Counted from the stretch's first letter, positions 10,117-24,219 are shown. The stretch: DNA of 64,000 bases from Eledone cirrhosa (GCA_964016885.1 OZ024740.1:14384001-14448000), one strand, 5' to 3'. The notes: generated by a model not told the origin, from the sequence alone. Numbers and translations: made by a program.

Positions 10117-10712
10117 ATTTGCGTAATATTGCCAGAATTAATAACAGAACACACTCACTGTTTGGTTGGTTTTCGCTTCTCGCTGTCTTTTATATATATA
10201 TATCTGCGATCTAACTTACTCGGTCCTCAATGTTGCCATTGACTGGCCGGCGGTCAAAAATAATACAGATACAATATAGACAAACACATATATATATAGT
10301 TTACATAAATCTTTCGTTGCACATCTGCAACATCGTCAGTGGTGTTATATTCATTGTTCCTCCTGTTGTGTTGTATGTCTACGCCATTTTTTTTTTTTTT
10401 TTGTTCAGTCTGTCTATATATTTATTTATTTATTTGCTTGTTTGTTTATCTTATTTTATTTTGTCTTCTTTGCGCATGCGTTTGCGTGTGTGTATAGTGT
10501 TATGTGTGATGTGTGACTAGTGTGTATAGTGTTGTGTCTGCTGGGTGACTAGTGTGTGTTTATGTGCTTGTGTATGTATTTATTTATCTTAGAGGAGCAA
10601 ATCATGTATTTATTTATCTTAGAGGAGCAAATCATGGAATAGCTTAGATAGGGCTAGACATAAGATAGGGAAGGCCACATCATGGTACGACAACCAGAGA
10701 TATCAGAGTGTC

Positions 10713-11267
10713 ATGTTTGTGGACGCCACCCCTGGAGGGAAATTAGCTAACCAGTGTAGAAAGGCCCTGAGAAAGACCCACTTAAAAATAAAGGTAGTAG
10801 AAAAGCCAGGAACCACCATAAAATCCCTGATCAGCAAAACCTACCCTTTTAAGAAAACCCACTGTACCAATAGGAAATGTATCATATGTAAGGTGAACCC
10901 CCGGATAAACTGTAAAACTAGAAACGTAGTCTATAGCATAAGATGTACAGAGGGTACTTGCAGAAACACGACAACAACATACATAGGTGAGACAGCTCGT
11001 AGCATAGGTGAAAGGATAGACCAACACTGGGGGGAACTAAAAGGACGAAAAAACGGGTCAGTACTATACGAACATGCTAGACAACATCATGACGGTAACA
11101 TAGACAACATAGAAATTAGAATAATATCTAAACATAGGAATGACCCAGCAGATAGGCAAATCAGAGAGGCCAGTGAAATAGAAATTAGAAGACCAAAGCT
11201 AAACAGAAAGAATGAGTGGAACAACAACAACACCCAAACAAACAACACTGACCTAAGAGAAGTATAA
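10713..11267 (+). pseudogene. 5'-truncated PLE-A GIY-YIG fragment
   Basis: 184 aa identical to the ORF2 C-terminus. Confidence 0.9.
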
Positions 11268-11550
11268 ATAAATAAGTAAATTAAATTAAATAAAATAAGA
11301 TAAATAAATACATACACAAGCACATAAACACACACTAGTCACCCAGCAGACACAACACTATACACACTAGTCACACATCACACATAACACTATACACACA
11401 CGCAAACGCATGCGCAAAGAAGACAAAATAAAATAAGATAAACAAACAAGCAAATAAATAAATAAATATATAGACAGACTGAACAAAAAAAAAAAAAAAA
11501 AAAAAAAAAATGGCGTAGACATACAACACAACAGGAGGAACAATGAATAT

Positions 11551-11595
11551 AACACCACTGACGATGTTGCAGATGTGCAACGAAAGATTTATGTA
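11551..11595 (+). ncRNA. Hammerhead-like motif in the PLE-A pLTR (imperfect); minus-strand copies at ~2008-2052, ~6155-6199, ~10302-10346
   Basis: CTGACGA-t-GTTGCA-gatg-TGCAAC-GAAA-gatt-TA. Core and stem II are good; stem I is weak. Confidence 0.45.
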
Positions 11596-11861
11596 AACTA
11601 TATATATATGTGTTTGTCTATATTGTATCTGTATTATTTTTGACCGCCGGCCAGTCAATGGCAACATTGAGGACCGAGTAAGTTAGATCGCAGATATATA
11701 TATATAAAAGACAGCGAGAAGCGAAAACCAACCAAACAGTGAGTGTGTTCTGTTATTAATTCTGGCAATATTACGCAAATATGACCCTCCCCAAATATAA
11801 CAATATCTGTTTCGACACACGATTTCATATAAAAAACCTCGCAAAACTAATTCATCGCCGC

Positions 11862-12390
<529 letters not shown>

Positions 12391-12459
12391 TATGTAAGTA
12401 TGTATGTATACGTACATACATATATGTATACAGACGTACAGTAGCATGCATATATATAC

Positions 12460-12502
<43 letters not shown>

Positions 12503-13002
12503 TATACATATATACATACAGGTACACATACATATATGCACGCATCAGTTTAGCGGACGTTTATTACAACGCCGCTTTGTTCGTTTGTTTGTCAACAAAC
12601 CGAACAGCCTGAATTTATGCCATACGGTGTTAAGGCAACCACGTCACCTTTTTGTTCAACACTGACACAGGAACGATGTACTAGTTTCAAGCTTGTTAGC
12701 TATCATCAGCACCGTTTACCCATCTGCCAGATAGTTGAACGTTCGAAAGTATATACTTTCGAACGTTCAACTATCTGGCAGATGGGTAAACGGTGCTGAT
12801 GATAGCTAACAAGCTTGAAACTAGTACATCGTTCCTGTGTCAGTGTTGAACAAAAAGGTGACGTGGTTGCCTTAACACCGTATGGCATAAATTCAGGCTG
12901 TTCGGTTTGTTGACAAACAAACGAACAAAGCGGCGTTGTAATAAACGTCCGCTAAACTGATGCGTGCATATATGTATGTGTACCTGTATGTATATATGTA
13001 TA

Positions 13003-13067
<65 letters not shown>

Positions 13068-13524
13068 GCATGCTACTGTACGTCTGTATACATATATGTA
13101 TGTACGTATACATACATACTTACATTTAAGTAAGTGCCATACTAAGAGTGAGAAATGAAATTTCGTTTTCATTTTTTTCAACTTATCGTTTTCGGTATGC
13201 CTGACCGATTTAACTCACTCAATATGCAAATTAGGCTGCTCAGCCGTTAATTTTCATAAGGAAAGTATATACTTTCGAACGTTCAACTATCTGGCAGATG
13301 GGTAAACGGTGCTGATGATAGCTAACAAGCTTGAAACTAGTACATCGTTCCTGTGTCAGTGTTGAACAAAAAGGTGACGTGGTTGCCTTAACACCGTATG
13401 GCATAAATTCAGGCTGTTCGGTTTGTTGACAAACAAACGAACAAAGCGGCGTTGTAATAAACGTCCGCTAAACTGATGCGTGCATATATGTATGTGTACC
13501 TGTATGTATATATGTATATATATG

Positions 13525-13559
<35 letters not shown>

Positions 13560-13688
13560 GTATATATATGCATGCTACTGTACGTCTGTATACATATATG
13601 TATGTACGTATACATACATACTTACATTTAAGTAAGTGCCATACTAAGAGTGAGAAATGAAATTTCGTTTTCATTTTTTTCAACTTAT
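12391..13688 (+). mobile_element. Family B non-coding hammerhead repeat: inverted arm (12391-12752) plus ~1.8 direct units
   Basis: Palindrome centred at 12752/12753. Direct repeat with 516-bp offset (12791 vs 13307). Confidence 0.9.
12791..12831 (+). ncRNA. Type I minimal hammerhead ribozyme (family B); further copies at 13307-13347 (+) and 12674-12714 (-)
   Basis: CGGTG-CTGATGA-tAGCT-aaca-AGCTt-GAAA-CTAG-TA-CATCG: stem I CGGTG/CATCG, palindromic stem III CTAG. Confidence 0.85.
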
Positions 13689-13754
13689 GTATATATACAT
13701 ATATATATATGTATATATATGTATATATACATATATATATGTATATATACATAT

Positions 13755-13830
<76 letters not shown>

Positions 13831-13851
13831 ATATGTATATACACATTATAT

Positions 13852-13895
<44 letters not shown>

Positions 13896-13920
13896 CTATG
13901 TATATACACATATTTATATA

Positions 13921-13980
<60 letters not shown>

Positions 13981-13981
<1 letters not shown>

Positions 13982-14335
13982 AGGGCGGGTAAAATACCCA
14001 AGATCCGTCGACGAGTTCTTTCCAGCGGTCTCTGTCCCTCATTATCGCCGCCATGTCTGCGTCTCCATCAGAAACTCACTCAGATGGTGGATGGGTCTTA
14101 CACGAGAATGCTGAGGATGGCTCTGAACATTAATCAGTATACACTGAGGATGAAAAACTCAGAGCTGTATGGGAGCATCCCAAAAGTCAGCTCAAAAGTG
14201 ATACAGAGGAGACATTGCACTCAGTGCTCCTGTGGTAGCCTCTACATGGACACACTGGAAGAGGAAGACGAAGGTTAACGTATGTTGTTGCCCTAAGGAC
14301 AGACACTGGTTTGTTGGAGACGCAGCACATGGCAG
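13981..14335 (+). pseudogene. RTE-like LINE 3' remnant
   Basis: [15 protein letters not shown]...[19 protein letters not shown] resembles the post-RT region of RTE-like elements. Confidence 0.6.
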
Positions 14336-14357
14336 CGATATATATATATATATATAT

Positions 14358-14766
14358 ACGATATTAACAAATGGAAACTATATTTATAAAACCATATTTA
14401 TTTCATTATACATATTTCAAGGACACCAAGTGAAATTATTGTGTGCTTTCATCAAATAAAATATAATATAGAGCAGTTTTATAAATAAATATTGACATAC
14501 CCTTAAAGGAGCTTCCAACAGTAATGGTTGCATTCTTTAAGGGTATGTCAATATTTATTTATAAAACTGCTCTATATTATATTTTATCTGATGAAAGCAC
14601 ACCATAATTTAACTTGGTGTCCTTGAAATATGTTTATGAAATAAATATGGTTTTATAAATATAGTTTCCATTTGTTAATATCGTATGTTTACTCCAAATA
14701 CTTGTTGAGTGCTTTATATCAGTTATAAAAATATTTGCTTGTTGTATCCCAACAATTTAAATAGAA

Positions 14767-14772
<6 letters not shown>
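14358..14772 (+). mobile_element. Family C pLTR-like remnant with fold-back inversion and hammerhead motif (14580-14643)
   Basis: Inverted arms at ~14358-14506 and ~14536-14684. TATTTTAT-CTGATGA-stem II-GAAA...ATGAAATA. Related to 46333-46672 and 47712-47985. Confidence 0.75.
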
Positions 14773-14815
<43 letters not shown>

Positions 14816-14958
14816 ACACACACCCACACACCCACACACACCTCAAGAAGACAGAGAGAGCAGCACCTGGTCTTGTAGTAGAAACTCGCATGAAACTATT
14901 GAAGACAGAGGATAATAATAAGGGCATCTATTGCAACATACTATATATATATTGTATG

Positions 14959-15011
<53 letters not shown>

Positions 15012-15018
15012 GTATATA

Positions 15019-15101
<83 letters not shown>

Positions 15102-15102
15102 G

Positions 15103-15147
<45 letters not shown>

Positions 15148-15227
15148 GTATATATATATGTATATATATGTATATATGTATATATATATATATGTATATA
15201 TATGTATGTATATATATATATATATAA

Positions 15228-15263
<36 letters not shown>

Positions 15264-15387
15264 GTATATATATATATATATATATATATATTGTATGTTA
15301 TATATATATATATAATATATTGTGTTTATATATATATATATACATATATATGTATGTATATATATATGTATATATATATATGCATGC

Positions 15388-15480
<93 letters not shown>

Positions 15481-15618
15481 CATATTTATGTATGTATATT
15501 TATATATATATTATTGATGTATATGTATATATATTTATTTATATATTCTATATATATATGTATATATATATATACATACATGTATATTACACACCCATAT
15601 ATGGTAATACATGTGCAA

Positions 15619-15681
<63 letters not shown>

Positions 15682-16006
15682 ATATTTATGTGTGTGTGTG
15701 TATGTGTGTGTATACGCGCACACACACACACATACATGGTAATACATGTGCAATCATACACTCACACACACCTATCTATATATGGTAATACATGTGCAAT
15801 CATATACTCACAAACACACACCTATCTATATATGTCCAATTAGAAGCAGTTACGTCATCGTTCAGCAGAGATTGCCAAGCGACATTCTGCTGAACTCTCA
15901 CGCCACAATATTGTCTTCACTTGGAGAGCTTCCACCTTATCAAACACTCTTTTCATTCTCACTTTGGATTTAATCTCTCCCACTTTCTTTCTGTCGCCAT
16001 ATATAC

Positions 16007-16130
16007 ACGTGAAGGCGTGTGGTTGAGTGTTTAGAGAATTGGATTCACAATCTTGAGGTTGTGAGTTCGATTCCTGGACCGGGTGATGCGTTATCTCCTT
16101 GAGCAAGACACTTTATTTCACGTTGCTCCT
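16007..16130 (+). mobile_element. tRNA-derived SINE fragment
   Basis: A-box-like TGGTTGAGTGT, B-box GTTCGATTCC, then CCTTGAGCAAGACACTT central-domain-like sequence. Confidence 0.65.
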
Positions 16131-16294
16131 TCTGCCTGGACCGATAGATAGTATTAGCAACTGGAAAGACCGATGGAAACATTGTTACCTCTGTCCTATT
16201 TGACAAAAGTCGATCGATCCTTTTATATATAAATATATATAGTTATACACACACACAAACACACACACATATATATATATATATGTGTATACAT

Positions 16295-16400
16295 ATTATA
16301 ATGAGTTTCTGCCAGCCGGCTGAGCTTTTGCCGTTTCAACGTTATCGACTCACCGTTGAAATGGCAAGAGCTCAGCTGTCGGGCAGAAACTCATTATAAT
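16295..16400. repeat. Short palindrome containing the 3' half of a hammerhead-like motif
   Basis: ATTATAATGAGTTTCTGCC...GGCAGAAACTCATTATAAT, with internal GAAA-tggc..agctg-TC. Confidence 0.6.
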
Positions 16401-16511
16401 ACCTACACTTTATTTTATTAAGTATCGAACATTAAGCAGAATTATAGTCTTACTAGTCTAAACATGTATCTCTTACTCTATCTATCTATCTATCTATCTA
16501 TAATAACGGAA

Positions 16512-17662
16512 CGTTTACTCTTCAAGTTCCTTTGGAAGAAACAGGCTCCATTGGTGAGGAGATCCATCTGCTGCCAACACTCTTCTAACGGAGGACTGGG
16601 CATGCCGTAGCTGATGATGCGCAAACACGCGCTGAGGCAACGCTATCTCTCGGTATTCCTGACCGGTGAACCGGTGTGGTTGTCGATTGTGACATAAACT
16701 TTTCCACAACTCGTCTCGCTAACAAAACTGCAGTCCTGGGTCAAGCGAAGACCGAATATGGGCACCTGGTACCAAGCGGAAATGGCCATCAGCGCAGACT
16801 CCACGTCAACATTCTATAGGGGATTAGTGGAGGATAAGTGCGACAACATTCTCACGGAGACTCTGGGCATCGAAGAGGACGAACTGACCAGTCTATTCGG
16901 GATGACTTTCCGTCCAGGGCCTATGAATAACTTCTAGATGTCTGGCCTGGGAGTGTTACCGAGGAGCTCTACCAGTTCGAAACAAAATCTACGAGCACGG
17001 ACGTCCTGGCAGGGATCCTGCCAAAAGTACCTGTCCAAGATGCGAGCAGGATATTGAATCCGTTTTGCCCAGGGGTACCCGACCTGTGGAATTATGTCGA
17101 ACAGCTACTGACACGTGTGGGACGCATCCAATTGTCAGCCGAGTCCATCGTGAGGATTACCCCGTTGCCTTCATTTAAGAATGAAGGAGAGGCGGTTTTC
17201 CTCTGTCTGGTGGCTATGGCGAAAGAGGTAATATGGTGGACGAGATTAAAAGGACTGAAGGCAAACACCTTTCTCTCCGGACAACAACTCACCCCCTTCT
17301 TTAAGTACCACTTCAGAAGGAAGGTGAGAGTGGAGAGAGAGGTGCCAGATCCCAGTAAATTCGCTGAAAGGAGGGTGAATGTGGCGAAAATGGCTCGGGT
17401 GAATGGGCCTTCTCTGTATATAAACCTGTAGATTGAGGAAGATAAACAGAGGGAAGACGGGAACACCTACAAAACGTCTCCCTGGTGTTGAGGGTTGTTC
17501 TATCCACGGGGTGTAACCCCCCCCCCCCCCCAATGGGATTTCGATTGTTTTGTTTTATATATAGTTTATTGTTATTCATCATTGTTAAAGATTTTATGTA
17601 AAAACCCCGCCGTCACATTTTGTAATGTTCCATTTTGTACGCCCTTGTGGGAAATAAAAAAT
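16512..17662 (+). mobile_element. 5'-truncated degenerate LINE (Tx1/L1-like), post-RT region and 3' UTR ending in AATAAAAA
   Basis: FKFLWKKQAPLVRRSICCQH..GGLGMP motif with in-frame stops; ORF remnant 17054-17431. Confidence 0.65.
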
Positions 17663-17744
17663 CTATCTATCTATCTACTTATCTATCTCTCTAACTATCT
17701 ATATATCTCTCTACTTATCTGTCTCTCTAACTATCTATCCATCT

Positions 17745-18260
17745 AAGGATCAAACGGCCACCTTCATTTAAAAACGAAAGAGAGGCGGTTTTCCTCTGTA
17801 TAGTGGCTATGGGGAAAGAGGTTATATGGTGGACAAGGTTGAGAGGACTGAGGACAGATGCCTTTCTCTCCGGACAACAACTCATTCCCTTCTTTAGGTA
17901 CCACTTTAGAAGGAGAATCAGAGTGGAGAGAGAGGTACTTCACCCCAGTAAATTTACTGAAAGGTGGGTGAATGTGACAAAAATGGCCCGAGTGATTGGG
18001 CCTTCTCTGTATATAAACCTGTAGGTTGAAGAAGAGAGCAAAGGGAAGAAAGGAGCACTTGCACAACATGCTCCTGGAGTTGAGGGTTGTTCTATCTACG
18101 GGGTATAAAACAACCCATTTGTAACGCCTCCCCCCTATTGGGGATTTCAATTGTGGAATTTTGTATGTTAAAATTTTTTTTACAGGACTGTATGTAAAAT
18201 CCCCGCCATATGTCTTTATTGTACCCTTTTCTTGCGCGCCCTTGTGGCAAATAGAGAAAT
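17745..18260 (+). mobile_element. Second, diverged 3' fragment of the same LINE
   Basis: ORF 17803-18024 is similar to 17054-17431 (KEVIWWTRL...PSLYINL). Confidence 0.75.
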
Positions 18261-18756
18261 ATGTCTACTTATCTATCTATCTAACTATCCATCTATCTAT
18301 CTGTATCTATATCCATATATGTACATGATTCTGTCTTCTTCCCATCCTATCACTCAAACCTACATACACGCATCCTTAACCAAAATGGCGTCATTACGTC
18401 TAGTTAGAGGTTGGATGTCAGTTGTCTGAGAGTTGATAGAGTATTGTGAAACAAAGGAGAGAAGACGGTTTAGATCTTCTGTGAAGCTTTGGACTTATAG
18501 TCAAAACAATTGAAAACCCTCAGTCGGCTCTCACTAGCTAGAAATAGCAGCCAAATCTCCCAGAAATCACACCATATCTAGAAAATATACTGTATAATAA
18601 TAGCTAAATCACCTTTTATCATAGAACAGTTCAATTTGTGCCGGGTTAGGGATAAACAACTCACTCCACCTTTCTTTCTTTCTTTCTTTCTTTCTTTCTC
18701 TCTATCCCTCTATCTCTCTTTCTTTCTTTCTATCTATCTTTCTTTATTTCTTTCTC

Positions 18757-18800
<44 letters not shown>

Positions 18801-18808
18801 GCTTTCTG

Positions 18809-18850
<42 letters not shown>

Positions 18851-19184
18851 GAAGTCGGAGTACAATCGGCCCCTGGCCATGGAGGACCCTAGGTTAGCTC
18901 TACAATATCTGACCTCTTTCCCCAGTTATGTGTCCTATTCTCCTATACAAAATGACTTCAACTCTCAGTTTTGGTCAGCCGACGAACCTAGTTTTTAGTA
19001 CTTCTTGCTTTGTTTACACTAGAATATTACTAACCCTGAATCGTTCACTACACAGTCCACAGTTGCCCAGGCCAAATCACCTCGCAGGTCATAACACTTT
19101 ACGACCCTCTCCACCGCTTTGGATACTTCAACAACAATATATTTAGTGATATATTTATTAATTGTATGAAACCATTATATATTT

Positions 19185-19330
19185 AAGGCAAAGTTAATCT
19201 CGGCGGGATTATGGTCTGAGTTCAAATCCCCCCGAGGTTAACTTTGCCTTTCATCCTTACGGAGTCGATAAAATAAAGTACCAGTAATGGACTGGTATAA
19301 TTGCTGGTCTTGTGTCAAAAGTAGAAATAA
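19185..19330 (+). mobile_element. SINE fragment (B-box plus Nin-like domain)
   Basis: GAGTTCAAATCC followed by GCCTTTCATCCTTACGGAGTCGATAAAATAAAGTACCAG. Homologous to 50515-50695. Confidence 0.6.
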
Positions 19331-19751
19331 TTATATATTTAATTTAATTATACAAATTGTATAAAAATGTGATCCTTTAAAGTTCAGTAATGGAGCTGCC
19401 ACGGACGAGGACTTCAGAGTGCTGAAGCCCTTGCCCGAGGCGGCTGCCAAGTTGGCCTTAATAGTAGCTCCGTCCTTCACTGGGAGCAACAGTAAATATT
19501 GTCATTGCTGAACAAAACATATCTAATCAACCTGAAAATTCAGGTGAATATATTAATAATCAAACGACACTGATCATTATTAACAAACCATTTACCTGAT
19601 AAATTAAAGACCCGGAGGAGACGGAGTACAAGCTATATTTTCTACTCGCCTAACAAATATATACAAATAATAGACGAAATGAAGGCTGCAGTCTAAATTC
19701 ATAGCGACCCAAACGAGAATATGATAAAAAAAGAAAAGAAATAGATATCTC

Positions 19752-19860
<109 letters not shown>

Positions 19861-19883
19861 ATATATATATATATATATATATA

Positions 19884-20483
19884 TAAATTGAAACAAAATG
19901 AAAACGAAATTTCATTTCTCACTCTTAGTATGGCACTTACTTAAATGTAAGTATGCATGTATACGTACATACATATATGTATACAGACGTACAGTAGCAT
20001 GCACATATATATATATATATATATATACATATATATATACATATGCATACAGGTACACATACATATATGCACGTATCAGTTTAGCGGCGCTTATTATAAC
20101 GTCGCTTTGTTCGTTTGTAAACAAACTGAACAGCCTGAATTTATGCCATACGGTGTTAAGGCAACCACGTCACCTTTTTTGTTCAACACTGACACAGGAA
20201 CGATGTACTAGTTTCAAGCTTGTTAGCTATCATCAGCACCGTTTACCCATCTGCCAGATAGTTGAACGTTCGAAAGTATATACTTTCCTTATGAAAATTA
20301 ACGGCTGAGCAGCCTAATTTGCATATTGAGTGAGTTAAATCGGTCAGGCATACCGAAAACGATAAATTGAAACAAAATGAAAACGAAATTTCATTTCTCA
20401 CTCTTAGTATGGCACTTACTTAAATGTAAGTATGCATGTATACGTACATACATATATGTATACAGACGTACAGTAGCATGCAC

Positions 20484-20516
<33 letters not shown>

Positions 20517-21357
20517 TATATACATATGCATACAGGTACACATACATATATGCACGTATCAGTTTAGCGGCGCTTATTATAACGTCGCTTTGTTCGTTTG
20601 TAAACAAACTGAACAGCCTGAATTTATGCCATACGGTGTTAAGGCAACCACGTCACCTTTTTGTTCAACACTGACACAGGAACGATGTACTAGTTTCAAG
20701 CTTGTTAGCTATCATCAGCACCGTTTACCCATCTGCCAGATAGTTGAACGTTCGAAAGTATATACTTTCCTTATGAAAATTAACGGCTGAGCAGCCTAAT
20801 TTGCATATTGAGTGAGTTAAATCGGTCAGGCATACCGAAAACGATAAATTGAAACAAAATGAAAACGAAATTTCATTTCTCACTCTTAGTATGGCACTTA
20901 CTTAAATGTAAGTATGCATGTATACGTACATACATATATGTATACAGACGTACAGTAGCATGCACATATATATATATATATATATATACATATATATATA
21001 CATATGCATACAGGTACACATACATATATGCACGTATCAGTTTAGCGGCGCTTATTATAACGTCGCTTTGTTCGTTTGTGAACAAACTGAACAGCCTGAA
21101 TTTATGCCATACGGTGTTAAGGCAACCACGTCACCTTTTTGTTCAACACTGACACAGGAACGATGTACTAGTTTCAAGCTTGTTAGCTATCATCAGCACC
21201 GTTTACCCATCTGCCAGATAGTTGAACGTTCGAAAGTATATACTTTCCTTATGATAATTAACGGCTGAGCAGCCTAATTTGCATATTGAGTGAGTTAAAT
21301 CGGTCAGGCATACCGAAAACGATAAATTGAAACAAAATGAAAACGAAATTTCATTTC
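19884..21357 (-). mobile_element. Family B tandem array: three ~480-bp units plus a short partial unit, one hammerhead per unit
   Basis: Equivalent positions at 19898, 20377, 20859 and 21337. Hammerheads on the minus strand at 20201-20241, 20683-20723, 21161-21201. Confidence 0.92.
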
Positions 21358-21398
21358 GTCGAAACGGCTTGAGCTCAGCCGTCGGGGTCTTACTGGTT

Positions 21399-21474
<76 letters not shown>

Positions 21475-21486
21475 TATGTATATACA

Positions 21487-21556
<70 letters not shown>

Positions 21557-21589
21557 CGTATATGTACATATATATGTACATATATATTA

Positions 21590-22398
<809 letters not shown>

Positions 22399-22410
22399 TG
22401 TATATACATA

Positions 22411-22487
<77 letters not shown>

Positions 22488-22492
<5 letters not shown>

Positions 22493-22681
22493 AACCAGTA
22501 AGACCCCGACGGCTGAGCTCAAGCCGTTTCGACGGCTAATTCTGAGTCCAGAATTAGCCGTCGAAACGGCTTGAGCTCAGCCGTCGGAGTCTTACTGGTT
22601 CCTATTACCCACTCTACTACCCTAAGTATTGAGTACTTTGGTGCGTTATGGTCCACCTGGTTCCTTACCACATTTCCTTCG

Positions 22682-22683
<2 letters not shown>
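22488..22683 (+). mobile_element. Family D pLTR-like remnant: palindrome through a hammerhead stem II; related pieces at 21358-21401 and 30353-30700
   Basis: GACGGCTAATTCTG-agtc-CAGAATTAGCCGTC-GAAA-CGGCT-tgagctc-AGCCG-TC. The 5' CTGANGA is absent, replaced by the inverted copy. Confidence 0.7.
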
Positions 22684-22735
<52 letters not shown>

Positions 22736-22790
22736 TTTTAAAAATAATGAATAAACAAAGAAACAGTTCCTTATATTAAACAAAAAAAGT

Positions 22791-22932
22791 TCATTATTTT
22801 ACGATCGTTTCTAGGATATATATGTGTTAGAATTGGTATGCATATTCTATAGATCTATGTACAATATTTATACAAACTATCAGAGGGAATATACATACCT
22901 TCACATATATATGCTGTCTTCAGAAATAATGA
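22791..22932 (-). ncRNA. Type I hammerhead ribozyme with a long stem II region
   Basis: Minus strand: TCATTATTT-CTGAAGA-(~105 nt)-GAAA-CGATCG-TA-AAATAATGA. Perfect 9-bp stem I, palindromic stem III; stem II pairing imperfect. Confidence 0.75.
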
Positions 22933-24167
22933 TACTTGTTTATTGATAAGAACAAAGATTCAATACAATAGGTCTGTTTGGGAACAGGTTTTGAATTGAC
23001 CAATAGCATTAGGAGAACCTTAAATTATGGGTAGGGGAAGTAGATTTCAGTTTTAGAAGGAAAAGAGTATTATGAATGAAGGATTACTTTAGGGAAGAAA
23101 TAGGTCATATGTTGACCTCAGAAATAATTTTAATTGTTCATTGAATAAAACCAACAAAGATCCAATATAATAATGGATTACTTTAGGGAAGAAGTAGGTC
23201 ATATGTTGACCTCAGATATAAATTTATTTGTTCATTGACAAAAACCAACAAAGATCAAATATATTCTGTCTGTTAATATTTGGCCAAATGGTAAAATAGT
23301 AGTAATTGAAACTTATTTTAGGGGTGAAATTAGGTCAGGTGGTCAGTAGAAGGTATACAAGCAGTTGCTGTTATAAAATAGTGATGCCAATACAAATATC
23401 TAGGGTGACCAGAGTTTTAAGATAAGGATGTTAGTGAAAAAAATACATCTATGAAAAGGATATAAAATTAATTTAATTGATGGGTACATATATATATATA
23501 TATATTTTTTTTGATAAAATTATACTAATACATATAGATGTGATAAATAAGAGTTAGATGCAGTTTAAATTATAGGTTAACTAAATTAAAATTAATCTAT
23601 ATATTAATTTCCAAAGTGTATATTAATTAGGTTTATAACATTTAAATATTATAAACCTAATTAATATACACTTTGGATAACAACACGAGAGAGAGTTACC
23701 TTGGGAGAGATTTAATTGTCCCTATATATTTCGGATTCACATCTATCAACTGGGGTTTTTTTCCGGGGTGGGGGAAAGGTTGTCTGTCGAAAAGGTGCGA
23801 AACGTGTCCTCCGCTGTTCGTTGTTTTGAATATCTGAGGTATTCAGCAGAGCGCGCGTGCGCGTGAAATGGGGTCGGTCAGGCAGAGGTCAGCGGCCGAA
23901 GTAGTTCTTTCAATTGTGGGAGTGGGGTGGCGCTAGCTGTCAGTCCATTCTCTGCCTGTTTGTTGAATGTTACTCTGTGTGTGTGTGTGTGTGTGTGTGC
24001 GCGTGTGTTGTTGTCTCGCTTGAGTGTGTGTGTGCGTGTGTTGTTGCCTCGCTTGAGTGTGTGTGTGTGTGCGTGTGTTGTTGCATTGTTCCTCTGTATT
24101 GGCAGTGTAGTATGTTCGTATGGTGGAATGCTACTGTGTGTGTGTGTGCGTGTGTTGCTGTCTCGCT

Positions 24168-24198
<31 letters not shown>

Positions 24199-24219
24199 GT
24201 TGCTGCATCGTTTGTTAAC

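Larger units (their letters stand above)
1..10591 (-). mobile_element. Tandem head-to-tail array of a Penelope-like retroelement (family A), period 4147 bp, at least 2.5 units, running off the left edge
   Basis: Near-identical ORFs recur at a 4147-bp offset (164/4311/8458; 2336/6483). They encode PLE RT (DVVSLYP, GAAIG, YSRYVDD) plus C-terminal GIY-YIG (VVYSIRC...YIGET). Confidence 0.95.

Noticed and set aside
16007-16082. Possible tRNA gene
   Set aside because: No convincing cloverleaf; it continues into SINE body sequence.
19898-21268. ORFs in family B units (MKTKFHF..., MPYGVKAT...)
   Set aside because: The frame changes between copies with AT-tract length, and no domain similarity was recognised.
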